From positions 107,419-171,418 of the forward strand of contig JAAZZH010000001.1 in assembly GCA_014239265.1 (NCBI GenBank): a DNA stretch of 64,000 nucleotides, in the 5' to 3' direction. Below are positions 39,279-49,917 of this stretch, in pieces. Positions within the stretch are counted from its first letter, which is position 1. Every line of letters starts with the position of its first letter. Origin of the DNA: Actinomycetota bacterium (GTDB lineage: Bacteria > Actinomycetota > Acidimicrobiia > Actinomarinales > Actinomarinaceae). A program made the translations under genes and the position numbers. Under the pieces are notes generated by a model that had not been told where the DNA came from, did not search any database, and saw only the letters and a list, made by a program, of their open reading frames with translations.

Positions 39279-40307
39279 ATGAAATTAGGCGGAGATATTA
39301 AACAGGCAATTGAGTCTTTGGCTCTAGATAAAGGTGTAACTGTTGACAGTATGTACGAGGCTCTTGTCTCAGCTTTTAGATCTGCATATATGAGAATTGA
39401 AGGAGCAGCAGAAGAAGCTAGGGTAACCCTAGATCCAGATAGTGGAGAAGTCACTGTTTACGCCCAAGAATTAGATAATGAAGGAAACGTTCTTAAAGAA
39501 TGGGAAGCTGATATTAGTGATAATGACTTCGGCCGTATTGCAGCACAATCATTCAAACAAATGATGACAACTAAAGTCAGAGATGCAAAAAGAGCAACTG
39601 TACTTGAAGCTTACATTGGTAGAGAAGGTGAGTTAATAACCGGTATCGTTACACAGTTTGATTCAAGATTCAATCAAACAATAATTGATTTACAAGATGC
39701 TGAAGCTGTAATTCCATCAAGCGAAAGGATACCTTTTGAAAGACTCGAAAGAGGTAACAGAATCAAAGCACTAATAACTGAAGTACGTGAAGATGCTAAG
39801 GGTATACCGATTATTATCAGCAGAAATAGACCAGAATTTATTCAAAAAATGTTAGAACTAGAAGTTCCTGAACTGAATGATGGAACCATAGAGCTTCGTG
39901 CAATTGCTCGTGAAGCTGGTAGTAGAACAAAAATTGCTGTATTTTCAAATGATCCGAATGTAGATCCTAAAGGTGCATGTGTAGGTTCAAGAGGATCTAG
40001 AGTTAGACAAATAGTTAACGAACTCAAGGGAGAAAAACTTGACGTTGTTGAGTGGAGAGAGGACAAAGTCCGTTTCATTATTGAGGCTCTAGGACCCGCT
40101 GATATTGAACTAGTTGATATTGATGAACATACAAAAAGTGCCAAAGTCACTGTAAAGGATAATCAATTATCACTAGCAATTGGCAAAGAGGGTCAAAATG
40201 CACGTCTCGCAGCTAAATTAACAGGCTATAAGATAGATATTGAAGGATTAGGAGATTCACCAGTAGTTGAAGAGGTACAGGAAGAATCTAAGCAAGAGGA
40301 AGAATAA
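39279..40307 (+). CDS. nusA: Transcription termination/antitermination factor NusA
   Basis: S1 and KH domains are present (GEVVTGIV...; KIAVFSNDPNVDPKGACVG). Confidence 0.9.
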   Translation: MKLGGDIKQAIESLALDKGVTVDSMYEALVSAFRSAYMRIEGAAEEARVTLDPDSGEVTVYAQELDNEGNVLKEWEADISDNDFGRIAAQSFKQMMTTKVRDAKRATVLEAYIGREGELITGIVTQFDSRFNQTIIDLQDAEAVIPSSERIPFERLERGNRIKALITEVREDAKGIPIIISRNRPEFIQKMLELEVPELNDGTIELRAIAREAGSRTKIAVFSNDPNVDPKGACVGSRGSRVRQIVNELKGEKLDVVEWREDKVRFIIEALGPADIELVDIDEHTKSAKVTVKDNQLSLAIGKEGQNARLAAKLTGYKIDIEGLGDSPVVEEVQEESKQEEE

Positions 40308-42352
40308 TGGCTAAAAAACGTATTCATCAAATTGCAAAAGAATTAGATGTAGCATCTGCAGATATACTTTTTCTATCAAAAGAACTAGGTATTGAAGTAA
40401 AAACAGCATCTTCTGGTTTAACACCCGAAGAGGAAGAACTAGTTGTTTTAGCTTTCAATGAAAAAAATTCTGTAACTAAAAGTACTAACAATGACGAGGT
40501 AGAGATATCAAATACTGTAGATGAATCAATAGAAGTAGACTCAGAAACTGAAACTCTTGATGATGCTGAGTTAATGCCTGTAGAAGAAGTAGATATTCAA
40601 ATTATTGAAGTATCTTCTGGTGCAACACCGGAGGAGCTTTCTCCACTTGTAAATATTGAGGCAACTCAAATTGTTGGTGATTTAATGTCACTTGGAATAA
40701 TGCAGTCTATGAATTCACCACTTCAAGATTCTGAAATTGAAAAGCTGTTAGAAAAATATGATTTAATCCCTGAGATCGTTGAAAGAGTTGAAGTAAAAAG
40801 ATCTGAAATTTTAGATCTACAAGAATTTGATGATGAAGATGTAAATCTTGCCGTGCGTTCTCCGATTATTACTGTGATGGGTCATGTTGACCATGGTAAA
40901 ACAAGTTTGCTCGACTATATTAGAAATGAAAAAGTCGCCGATGGTGAAGCAGGTGGTATTACTCAACATGTCGGAGCATATAAAGTTGACACTGGTGATT
41001 TAGGTATCACATTTATTGATACTCCTGGTCATGAAGCATTTACACAAATGAGGGCTAGGGGAGCAAACGTTACTGATATTGTTGTATTAGTAGTAGCAGC
41101 AGACGATGGAATTATGCCACAAACAATTGAAGCAATAAATCATTCAAAAGCAGCCGGTGTCCCAATAGTCGTAGCTGTAAATAAATGCGACTTACCTGAT
41201 GCCAATCCAGCTTTAGTTAAAGCAGACTTAACAAAGTATGAGATAATTGCTGAAGATCTTGGTGGAGATACACCCGTTGTAGAGGTTTCAGCACTTAAAG
41301 GGGATGGAGTTGACGATTTATTAGAGACGCTTTCACTAGTTGCTGAAATTGAAGAATTGAAAGCAAATCCCAATACAAATGCTTCTGGCTACATTATTGA
41401 ATCCAGGATGGAAGTTGGTAAAGGTAATGTTGCAACTGTCGTTGTCACTAGAGGTACCCTTAATCAGGGTGATTTTCTTTACGCTGGCGGTGCATTTTGT
41501 AGGGTTAAATCCATGTTTGATCACACTAATAAAACATTAAAAAATGTTATACCTGGGTCACCTGTTGATATTATTGGATGGGATGAATCACCTAATTCTG
41601 GCGATCAGTTTGTAGCAGTGAAAAATCAAAAAGAGGCCAAAGCTAAAGCTGAAGAAAATAAAACTCTACTCAAAGATTTCGATAGTTCTGCTTATACAGT
41701 TCAGTCCAGAGTATCTGAAATGATGCAACTGTTACAAGAAGGAGAACTGAATACAATTAATATCATTCTTAAAGCTGACACAAATGGCTCAGTAGAAGCA
41801 ATAAAAGATGGATTGTTGAAGCTTTCCAGTGATGAAGTAAAAATAGAAATTGTACATTCTGCTGTAGGAGGAATTGTTCTTTCTGATGTAGATTTAGCGG
41901 GTGCGACAAGTTCTTTAATTGTAGGCTTTAATGTTAGACCTGATAGTCAAGCTAGGAATATGGCACAAAGTAAGGGAATCGATGTAAGAACTTATCAAAT
42001 TATCTATGAATTATTAGATGATATTACCGAAGCTCTACAGGGAGAAATGACAATTAAGACTGAAGAAGCTGTGATAGGTATGGTTGATGTTAGAACAACC
42101 TTCAGAGCTCCAAAAGTTGGTGTGGTTGCCGGTTCAATTGTTACTGAAGGACGAGTAGAGATAGACAGTAAAGCAAGATTACTAAGAGATGGTGTTGTAA
42201 TATATGAAGGAACTGTTACTTCCTTAAGAAGGTTTAAAGACAATGTAGAGAGAGTTCTTGAAGGACTCGAGTGTGGTATTGGTTTAACTGATTACAAAGA
42301 CATTAAAGAGGGCGATGTAATCGAAATTCTTGGTGAAGTTGAAATAAAATAA
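40307..42352 (+). CDS. infB: Translation initiation factor IF-2
   Basis: The G-domain motifs are VMGHVDHGKTSLLD, DTPGH and NKCD. Confidence 0.9.
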   Translation: MAKKRIHQIAKELDVASADILFLSKELGIEVKTASSGLTPEEEELVVLAFNEKNSVTKSTNNDEVEISNTVDESIEVDSETETLDDAELMPVEEVDIQIIEVSSGATPEELSPLVNIEATQIVGDLMSLGIMQSMNSPLQDSEIEKLLEKYDLIPEIVERVEVKRSEILDLQEFDDEDVNLAVRSPIITVMGHVDHGKTSLLDYIRNEKVADGEAGGITQHVGAYKVDTGDLGITFIDTPGHEAFTQMRARGANVTDIVVLVVAADDGIMPQTIEAINHSKAAGVPIVVAVNKCDLPDANPALVKADLTKYEIIAEDLGGDTPVVEVSALKGDGVDDLLETLSLVAEIEELKANPNTNASGYIIESRMEVGKGNVATVVVTRGTLNQGDFLYAGGAFCRVKSMFDHTNKTLKNVIPGSPVDIIGWDESPNSGDQFVAVKNQKEAKAKAEENKTLLKDFDSSAYTVQSRVSEMMQLLQEGELNTINIILKADTNGSVEAIKDGLLKLSSDEVKIEIVHSAVGGIVLSDVDLAGATSSLIVGFNVRPDSQARNMAQSKGIDVRTYQIIYELLDDITEALQGEMTIKTEEAVIGMVDVRTTFRAPKVGVVAGSIVTEGRVEIDSKARLLRDGVVIYEGTVTSLRRFKDNVERVLEGLECGIGLTDYKDIKEGDVIEILGEVEIK

Positions 42353-42354
42353 TT

Positions 42355-42705
42355 ATGATGAAAAAACAAACTAGAGGTGGAAGAATAAATAGGATTAATC
42401 CACAAATTCATCAAATAATTGCTCAAGAATTTCTTAGAAGTTCGAATCCGAATTTAAACAAAGCTACGGTGACTCATGTTTCAACTTCACCTGATTTAAA
42501 GAGGTGTACAATATATGTTTCTTCTTTAGAGAATGCAAAAGGTACTTTATCAAAAGCTTTGGATAAAAATAGAGTTAAAATTCAAAAAGAACTCGGAAGA
42601 CAACTAACTACAAAATTTATACCTAGAATACAATTTGAAATTGACTTTAGTTTTGACAATGCCGATAAAATCAATGAATTAATATATAAAATTAATGAAA
42701 AGTAA
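42355..42705 (+). CDS. rbfA: Ribosome-binding factor A
   Basis: The size and position after infB fit rbfA. It has a KH-like fold sequence. Confidence 0.8.
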   Translation: MMKKQTRGGRINRINPQIHQIIAQEFLRSSNPNLNKATVTHVSTSPDLKRCTIYVSSLENAKGTLSKALDKNRVKIQKELGRQLTTKFIPRIQFEIDFSFDNADKINELIYKINEK

Positions 42706-43639
42706 ATTCAAAGACAACTTTATCAATTTACCTATATTAATAACAGGGCATGTAAATCCTGATGGAGACGCTATTGGTTCTGCCCTTGCTCTGAAATTGT
42801 TACTCGACTCGATGCAGATAGATTCTACCGTATCATTCGATATCACAGGTGATCTTCCAAGTAACCTAAACCATCTTCCTTATGATCTTATTACCACTCC
42901 TCAAGTGGATTCTTTTGATACAGTATTTGTGTTTGATTGTGGTAATTCATCACGGCTTGGAGATTTAGAGGAAATAGTATTAAATTCAAGTAAAGTTGTT
43001 GTTGTGGATCATCATATAGATCCTACATTTGGAGATATACAGATTATTGATCCAAAAGCTGCAAGTACTACTCAAGTTTTATACAGGATATTCAAAGAAG
43101 AAGAATTGCCTATATCTAAAGAAATTGCAGACTGTTTAATGACTGGTTTGATTACAGATACCGGAAGATTCCAATACTCTAATACAAATGCTGAAGTCTT
43201 TGCTATCGCTTCTGACCTTATGGATAGAGGGTCACAGTTGAGTCTGATTAGTGAAAATATATATGGTTCTATTGAGCTAAATGCACTCAAGTTACAAAGC
43301 GAAATAATCAATCGTTTAATTTTAGACACTGATTTAAAGTTTATTTACTCTGTCGTTTACCAGGAAGATTATGAAAAGTTCAATACTACACCAGCAGAAA
43401 CAGATTCACTTATTGATGTAGTGAGGCTTGCTAAGGAATCAGAAATAGCATTACTCCTTAAAGAGCAAATTGATGGTTCATTTAAGGGAAGTTTACGTTC
43501 AAGAACAGAATTTAACGTACAGCAATTAGCGTCATTTTTTAATGGAGGCGGTCACAAGGCAGCAAGTGGATTTTCTTCAGATTCAACTGTAGATGATATT
43601 ATCTTAAATATTAAAAATGAAATCCGAAAACAGATCTAA
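42695..43639 (+). CDS. nrnA: DHH-family phosphoesterase NrnA (oligoribonuclease / pAp phosphatase)
   Basis: The DHH motif is VVVVDHHIDP, with GGGHKAASG (DHHA1). Confidence 0.8.
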   Translation: MKSKFKDNFINLPILITGHVNPDGDAIGSALALKLLLDSMQIDSTVSFDITGDLPSNLNHLPYDLITTPQVDSFDTVFVFDCGNSSRLGDLEEIVLNSSKVVVVDHHIDPTFGDIQIIDPKAASTTQVLYRIFKEEELPISKEIADCLMTGLITDTGRFQYSNTNAEVFAIASDLMDRGSQLSLISENIYGSIELNALKLQSEIINRLILDTDLKFIYSVVYQEDYEKFNTTPAETDSLIDVVRLAKESEIALLLKEQIDGSFKGSLRSRTEFNVQQLASFFNGGGHKAASGFSSDSTVDDIILNIKNEIRKQI

Positions 43640-44498
43640 TTTTTATCTAATTAATAAACCCAAAACTTGGACTTCCCAAGATCTATGTTCTAAATTTAAA
43701 TATCTATATAGATTTAACAAAGTTGGTCACGCAGGAACATTGGACCCAAATGCAGAAGGGCTAATGCTCTTGGCTACTGATAAATACACTAAGTTGTTTA
43801 ACTACACAAAAGAAACCGATAAAACATATCAAGTATCTGCACTATTTGGGCATTCTTCCGATTCTATTGATACTGACACTGAAGTTATTAAAAATGAAGA
43901 TATTGATCTTAGTAATCCTTCATTTGAAATTGAATCCCTTATGAATACTTTTCTGGGAACTACTATGCAGAAACCTCCTATGTACTCAGCAGTTAAAGTA
44001 AAAGGTAAGCGACTTTACAATTATGCAAGACAAGGAAAAGACGTTGTACTACCTGACCGAGAAATTAATATTTCAAAATTTATATTGTTGAATCTAGATG
44101 GACCAAGAGCTGAATTTCTTATTACCGTAAGTAAGGGAACTTATATAAGGTCCTTAATTCTAGATCTAGCTACCAAAATCAACACTACAGCAGTTGTTAC
44201 AGAAATTCTAAGAACCAACATTGGGAAACTAAGTCTGGATTATCCTGAATACATAGATGACATAGAAAAATTAGATAAAGCTGAAGAACCATCTTGTATC
44301 CACTGGAGTAAGGTATTAGATTTGCCTATAGTGGAAATAGACGATTTAACTTGTGAAAAAATTGTTCATGGAGAACTTCTTGACGCAAATTTATTTGAGA
44401 ATAAGGATATAACAATTATGCAACACGGAGACAATATTGCTGCTTTGTATACACCGTTTAATGACAAGTTCTATAAACCTGAGAAAGTTCTTTTATGA
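43617..44498 (+). CDS. truB: tRNA pseudouridine(55) synthase
   Basis: The catalytic motif is GHAGTLDP. Confidence 0.9.
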   Translation: MKSENRSNFYLINKPKTWTSQDLCSKFKYLYRFNKVGHAGTLDPNAEGLMLLATDKYTKLFNYTKETDKTYQVSALFGHSSDSIDTDTEVIKNEDIDLSNPSFEIESLMNTFLGTTMQKPPMYSAVKVKGKRLYNYARQGKDVVLPDREINISKFILLNLDGPRAEFLITVSKGTYIRSLILDLATKINTTAVVTEILRTNIGKLSLDYPEYIDDIEKLDKAEEPSCIHWSKVLDLPIVEIDDLTCEKIVHGELLDANLFENKDITIMQHGDNIAALYTPFNDKFYKPEKVLL

Positions 44499-45394
44499 AG
44501 GTTTACAATAATTTTAAAAGTACGGATAGTGTTCAATCTGAGCCCTTAGTAACTTCAATTGGTGGATTTGATGGAATACATTTAGGTCATCAAGCTTTGT
44601 TCAAAAAAGCATTTGATGTTTCTAATGCTATGTTTCAAATTGTAACTTTTAATGAAATTCCCAAGATATATTTCAATAATGATTTAAAACCCTTAATAGA
44701 CCAAGATCAAAGATCATCAATTTTTGAGAAATTACTACCTAAGAATATAATTTTTCTTGATTTCAAATCTGTAAATAAAATGAATGCACAAGAATTTTGT
44801 CAATTTCTACAACATAACCTCCAAACTGAAAAATTAGTAATTGGTAAAGATTTTAGATTTGGAAACCAAAGAGTGGGGGATGTAAATACCTTAATTAACT
44901 ATTTCGGAGAAGAAAATGTAACATTACTCGATGACTTTTTGATATCCTCTGAAAAAGTATCAACTACAAAAATTAGGTTATTTTATGCTCAGGGAAAAAT
45001 AAAAGAAGCTGAAAAATATTTAGGACGACCGATTTCTTATACGGGCACCGTAGTGTTAGGTAAACAATTGGGTAGTTCAATTGGTTTTCCAACAGCAAAT
45101 GTTCAATTACATAATTTAACCCAATTACCAAGGTTTGGAGTATACGCAGTTAGAGTCCACATAGATAAAAAAACTTACTTAGGGTGTCTAAATATCGGCA
45201 TCAACCCAACTGTAGAAGCTAATTTAGAAACAAAGATTGAAATTCACATTTTAGAATTTGATAAAAATATTTATGATAAGGATATTTCCTTTGAATTGAT
45301 TGAATTCATACGCGATGAGAAAAAATTTGGATCTATAGACGATCTCACAGCACAAATACAACTAGATGTGGACAAAATAAAGAATAACTTTTAA
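44495..45394 (+). CDS. ribF: Bifunctional riboflavin kinase / FAD synthetase
   Basis: An FAD-synthetase N-domain (GGFDGIHLGHQAL) and a riboflavin-kinase C-domain (GFPTANV) are present. Confidence 0.85.
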   Translation: MKVYNNFKSTDSVQSEPLVTSIGGFDGIHLGHQALFKKAFDVSNAMFQIVTFNEIPKIYFNNDLKPLIDQDQRSSIFEKLLPKNIIFLDFKSVNKMNAQEFCQFLQHNLQTEKLVIGKDFRFGNQRVGDVNTLINYFGEENVTLLDDFLISSEKVSTTKIRLFYAQGKIKEAEKYLGRPISYTGTVVLGKQLGSSIGFPTANVQLHNLTQLPRFGVYAVRVHIDKKTYLGCLNIGINPTVEANLETKIEIHILEFDKNIYDKDISFELIEFIRDEKKFGSIDDLTAQIQLDVDKIKNNF

Positions 45395-45412
45395 CTCCAA
45401 CATTAGATTTAG

Positions 45413-45691
45413 GTGATACTATCATTATCTCGAATGAATACTAAAGAAAAAATAATTAAGGAATACGGTAAATCTGATACTGATACTGGATCAACTGAAG
45501 TTCAGATTGCTCTATTAAGTGAAAGAATTAGTCATTTAACTGATCACTTAAAAGAACATAGAAAAGACCATCACACAAGAAGAGGTCTGCTTATGTTAGT
45601 AGGAAAAAGAAAAAGACTACTTCAATATCTTCAAAATCAAGATGTAACTAGATACCGTTCTTTAATTGAAAAATTAGGTATTCGAAGATAA
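45413..45691 (+). CDS. rpsO: 30S ribosomal protein S15 (the start may be ATG 45434)
   Basis: It has [44 protein letters not shown]. Confidence 0.85.
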   Translation: MILSLSRMNTKEKIIKEYGKSDTDTGSTEVQIALLSERISHLTDHLKEHRKDHHTRRGLLMLVGKRKRLLQYLQNQDVTRYRSLIEKLGIRR

Positions 45692-45779
45692 ACAAATAAA
45701 ACTAAAGACAAAGAGTTGTTAATTGGGAGCTTTTAAAGAAGGCTGACAATTAATAACCTCTGTCTAGAAAAGAGGATAT

Positions 45780-48101
45780 ATGTCCGTAACTAATGTCACC
45801 TGTGAAATAGGTGGTAAAGAAATTAAATTCGAAACTGGGAAATTAGCATTACAAGCTTCTGGAGCAGTAGTCGTTACTTCAGGTGAGACTAATGTACTTG
45901 TTACAACTGTAGCTAATAAAACAGTACGTGAGGGGATTGACTTTTTCCCTTTAACAGTTGATGTTGAAGAAAGAATGTACGCTGCAGGGAAAATTCCTGG
46001 TGGTTTTTTCAGAAGAGAAGGTAGGGCAACTGAAAACGCTATCTTAGCTTGTAGGTTGATTGATAGACCTTTAAGGCCATCATTCGCTGATACTTTTAGA
46101 TGTGAAACACAAATCATAGCTACTGTTTTAAGCGTGGATAATGAACATGAATATGATATATTAGCACTAAACGCTGCATCTTTAGGATTGCAATTAGCCG
46201 GAGTTCCTTTAGAAGCTCCTGTAGGTGCTGTGAGAATGTCTCTAATTCATGATGAATGGGTTGTTCAAGCAACAAATTCCGAACAAGAAGATTCTGTATT
46301 TGATATGGTTGTCGCTGGTAAATTAAATGATGATAATGAAGTTGATATCGTAATGGTTGAAGCAGGAGCTACAAGTAATTCTTTTGAAAAGATAGAAGCT
46401 GGCAGCATTGCACCTTCAGAAAATATTGTTGCTGATGGTATAGATAAATCCAAAGAATATATCTCAGTTTTAATAAGCGCTCAAAAAGAACTTGTTAGCA
46501 AAAATGAGGTTCCAGTTGTAGATTGGCCTGTAGTTGAAGACTATACAAAAGAATTAAAAGATAGCCTTGATGCAGCTTTTAAAACCAAAGTCGAAGATGT
46601 TATGAAGATTACTGATAGAACTGAAAGAAGTGAAAAGCAAGCAGAGCTTCAAGATCAAGCTCTAGAAGAATTCACAAATGAGGAAGCCAATAATGTTAAA
46701 CCAATCAAACTAGCATTTAAATCATTAGTAAAATCAGTCGTTAGAGATAGAGTTATTGCTGGTGGGCCAAGACTTGATGGTCGAACACCTACAGATATAA
46801 GAAATATATCAGCAGAAATTAATCTTTTGCCAATGGTTCATGGATCATCTTTATTCCTAAGGGGTGAAACCCAAGTTCTTAACGTAACAACATTAGGTAT
46901 GTCTCGACTTGAGCAAATGCTTGATACGGTTGATACAGTAACTTCAAAAAGATATATGCATCATTATAATTTCCCACCTTATTCAACAGGTGAGGCTTAT
47001 ATGAAGTTTGGACCAAAAAGGAGAGAAATCGGACATGGAGCATTGGCAGAAAAAGCAATGATCCCTGTTATTCCTGAAAAGGTTGATTTTCCATACACAA
47101 TAAGAGTTGTTAGTGAAGCAATTTCTTCAAATGGATCTACTTCTCAAGCATCTGTTTGTGCATCAAGTCTTTCTTTAATGGCTGCTGGTGTTCCAATTAG
47201 AGAGCATGTTGCAGGTATAGCAATGGGTCTGATTTCAAAAGATAGTAATTATGTTACATTGACAGACATCTTAGGAGCAGAGGATGCGCTTGGTGATATG
47301 GATTTCAAGGTAGCTGGTACTAGAGGTGTAATTACAGCTTTACAACTAGACATGAAGATTGAAGGTTTACCATCTGATGTACTCAGAAAAGCCCTTAATC
47401 AAGCAATGGATGCTCGTCATCATATCTTAGATATTATGGAAGAAGCAATCTCTGCACCTGCTGAGAAATTATCTGGTAATGCTCCAAGATTAGAAACTGT
47501 TGAATTACCAAAAGATAAAATTGGTGAAGTTATTGGACCGAAAGGTAAAAACATCAGAAAAATCGAAGAAGAAACTGGAGTCAGTGTAGAGATTGATGAT
47601 GATGGAATCTTAACTTTAGGATCTACTGAAGAGGAAGGTCTTGCTGCAGCCAAAGAAATGGTCATGCTGATAATTGATCCTCCTGCAGTCGAAGTAGACA
47701 CGGATTATGATGGTGAAGTTGTAAGTATTGCTACTTATGGTGCATTTATAAACATTTTACCTGGTAGAGACGGACTTTTACATATTTCAAAATTCCACTC
47801 AGAGAAGAGAGTTTCAAATCCTGAAAACATTCTCTCTGCTGGAGATAAGATTAAAGTTCATGTCGATTCTATCGAAAATGGCAAAATCAGTTTATCTCTA
47901 TTAGAAGATCTTGAGATTCCTGAAGAATCTGTTGATAAAGGTGGATCTAGAAAAGATACTAAAAGGCCTGACAACAGACGTCGTAATGACCGTCCTAACA
48001 ATAGGAATCGTAATGATAAACCTAGGGATGAAAAGCCAAGTAATGATTCCACAAAGAGAAAAAGAGTCTCTTTTGAAGATGACTTCGAAAAAGGAATTTA
48101 A
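45780..48101 (+). CDS. pnp: Polyribonucleotide nucleotidyltransferase (PNPase) with a basic low-complexity C-terminal tail
   Basis: Two RNase PH domains, KH and S1 domains are present. A tail rich in R, N and D/K is visible. Confidence 0.9.
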   Translation: MSVTNVTCEIGGKEIKFETGKLALQASGAVVVTSGETNVLVTTVANKTVREGIDFFPLTVDVEERMYAAGKIPGGFFRREGRATENAILACRLIDRPLRPSFADTFRCETQIIATVLSVDNEHEYDILALNAASLGLQLAGVPLEAPVGAVRMSLIHDEWVVQATNSEQEDSVFDMVVAGKLNDDNEVDIVMVEAGATSNSFEKIEAGSIAPSENIVADGIDKSKEYISVLISAQKELVSKNEVPVVDWPVVEDYTKELKDSLDAAFKTKVEDVMKITDRTERSEKQAELQDQALEEFTNEEANNVKPIKLAFKSLVKSVVRDRVIAGGPRLDGRTPTDIRNISAEINLLPMVHGSSLFLRGETQVLNVTTLGMSRLEQMLDTVDTVTSKRYMHHYNFPPYSTGEAYMKFGPKRREIGHGALAEKAMIPVIPEKVDFPYTIRVVSEAISSNGSTSQASVCASSLSLMAAGVPIREHVAGIAMGLISKDSNYVTLTDILGAEDALGDMDFKVAGTRGVITALQLDMKIEGLPSDVLRKALNQAMDARHHILDIMEEAISAPAEKLSGNAPRLETVELPKDKIGEVIGPKGKNIRKIEEETGVSVEIDDDGILTLGSTEEEGLAAAKEMVMLIIDPPAVEVDTDYDGEVVSIATYGAFINILPGRDGLLHISKFHSEKRVSNPENILSAGDKIKVHVDSIENGKISLSLLEDLEIPEESVDKGGSRKDTKRPDNRRRNDRPNNRNRNDKPRDEKPSNDSTKRKRVSFEDDFEKGI

Positions 48102-48620
48102 CTACTTACGATTTGAAGTAAGGTTAATAGGACTTGTTGACTCTGTAGTTATATAAGCATCTGGATTAATAGAAGAAACAATATTAAGGACTTGTTTTGC
48201 TTTTTTTCTAGGTGCTACACACCATGCAATACTAACTTCACCATCACGTCCTTCACCACTAATAACTGTAACTCCAAAACCTTGTGAACGAAGTTCATCT
48301 GCTACTAATTTACTATCTTCATCTTCAGGAGAGAAGATTCTTATAACAACATCTCCTATCGCAATTGAAGATTCAATGTATGAACCTACAATAGTTCCTG
48401 ATGCAAAACCTAATGCATACCCGACTACTAGAAAGGGACTATCTAAATCTTTTATAACCTGGGAAATTGCAACAACCCAAATTGCTGATTCTATGAATCC
48501 AAGTGCTGCACCAAAGGTAGGTCTACCTTTATTTACATATAGCATTCTTAAAGTTCCTAAGGTTTGATCAAGAAGCCTAAGAAGAAAAATTGAGGCAACT
48601 GCTAAAAATATGTCCATCAA
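48102..48620 (-). CDS. Membrane protein with a C-terminal DUF2179-like domain (YitT-related)
   Basis: The N-terminus is hydrophobic. The C-terminus GFGVTVISGEGRDGEVSIAWCVAPRK is typical of DUF2179. Confidence 0.5.
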   Translation of the reverse strand: MMDIFLAVASIFLLRLLDQTLGTLRMLYVNKGRPTFGAALGFIESAIWVVAISQVIKDLDSPFLVVGYALGFASGTIVGSYIESSIAIGDVVIRIFSPEDEDSKLVADELRSQGFGVTVISGEGRDGEVSIAWCVAPRKKAKQVLNIVSSINPDAYITTESTSPINLTSNRK

Positions 48621-48621
48621 G

Positions 48622-49353
48622 CTATTGTATTGCTTTTACCATTTCATCGTAAACTTTTTTCATCTTATTATGAGTTTCGGTAACAAGTTGTTCAATATTG
48701 TCTTTGTTGTACTTACTAATATCTATTGGTTCCAATGTTTTAATCATGGCCTTACCGCTTGTCATGAATTTTCTTCCTCTTGGCCAAATATCTCCTGTAC
48801 CTGCAATTACTACTGGTAAGATAGGCACACCATTATCCAGAGCAATATGAAATGCTCCACTTTTGAACTTTCTAAAATCATCTTTTGGGACTCTTGTTCC
48901 TTGTGGGTATACCATAAGAGACCAACCCTTTTCGAAAATTATTTTTGCTTGTTTATTAATAGACACTCTGTCGTTTGGGTTTGTTCTATCAACTTTTATA
49001 AAATTAAATGCTTTTGCTGCTGTTCTGAAAAATGGTAATTTATAAACTTCTTTCTTTGCCATAAAAACCCATTTAATTTTAAGATATTTAAATTGCATCA
49101 TTGGATCTAAATTGGATAAATGGTTGGAAATAACTACATATGGCTGATTAGTTTTATATTCAGTAGTTTTAATAAGATCAAGTTTTGCTCTAGCAGCCCA
49201 CATCCACGGATTGCACCAACTGCGTGCTATGTAATATTTAACTTTGGCATATTTAGCAAAGAGACCTATGAACCAGATACTATAAGCTACTGGAATAGTG
49301 TATATAGCCATGACAAAAAGGTTTATCCAGGTAAGGAGTTTATTTTTGAACAT
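48622..49353 (-). CDS. plsC: 1-acyl-sn-glycerol-3-phosphate acyltransferase (LPLAT family)
   Basis: The HxxxxD motif is NHLSNLDP, with FPEGTR-like PQGTRVP. Confidence 0.75.
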   Translation of the reverse strand: MFKNKLLTWINLFVMAIYTIPVAYSIWFIGLFAKYAKVKYYIARSWCNPWMWAARAKLDLIKTTEYKTNQPYVVISNHLSNLDPMMQFKYLKIKWVFMAKKEVYKLPFFRTAAKAFNFIKVDRTNPNDRVSINKQAKIIFEKGWSLMVYPQGTRVPKDDFRKFKSGAFHIALDNGVPILPVVIAGTGDIWPRGRKFMTSGKAMIKTLEPIDISKYNKDNIEQLVTETHNKMKKVYDEMVKAIQ

Positions 49354-49392
49354 CTAACTTATACTATATTGATTATTAGCAGAAAAGAAATT

Positions 49393-49905
49393 ATGATACA
49401 GAAAAATATATTAAGAAGTAACCTTTCAAACCATAATCTTTACAAGATTGAACTTTCTAAAAAAATAGAATCTTTTTTTAATGAACTAATAAAGGGTTAT
49501 GTTGTATGCACATATGTTCCAATAGAATCTGAAGTAAATATTCTTCCTTTATTAAAGGATATAGATATTTTAAATACTACTTTTATGAATCATGGAAATT
49601 TACAAATATGTAGCTATAAAGAACCTCTGATTAAAAAAAAGAATGGAATTCTTGAGCCTCAAAACCCAGACATTAAAAATGATACAGAAGTTTTCATAGT
49701 TCCAGGTTTAGGGTTCACAAAATCAGGTTCACGATTAGGCAGGGGTAGTGGTCATTATGACAAATTATTATATAAAAACCCATCAGTATTAAAAATTGGA
49801 GTCTGTCATGATTTTCAAATAGTTGACTATATTCCCGAAGAAGATCATGATATATCTATGGATTATGTTTTCACAGATAAAAATTATTACAAATCAGCAA
49901 TATAG
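49393..49905 (+). CDS. 5-formyltetrahydrofolate cyclo-ligase (MTHFS)
   Basis: VPGLGFTKSGSRLGRGSGHYDKLL is present. The start is placed at ATG 49393 to avoid an antisense overlap with plsC. Confidence 0.75.
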   Translation: MIQKNILRSNLSNHNLYKIELSKKIESFFNELIKGYVVCTYVPIESEVNILPLLKDIDILNTTFMNHGNLQICSYKEPLIKKKNGILEPQNPDIKNDTEVFIVPGLGFTKSGSRLGRGSGHYDKLLYKNPSVLKIGVCHDFQIVDYIPEEDHDISMDYVFTDKNYYKSAI

Positions 49906-49917
49906 TATTCTAATTAT

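Noticed and set aside
42415-42430. GTTCGAATCC, a tRNA T-arm-like string.
   Set aside because: It lies inside the rbfA coding sequence (SSNPNL) with no surrounding cloverleaf. No tRNA, rRNA or tmRNA genes were found anywhere in the window.
49120-49392. N-terminal 91 codons of the 261-aa plus-strand ORF (start 49120).
   Set aside because: This part overlaps plsC on the opposite strand for about 230 bp. MTHFS homology begins near the internal ATG at 49393, so the shorter gene was called.
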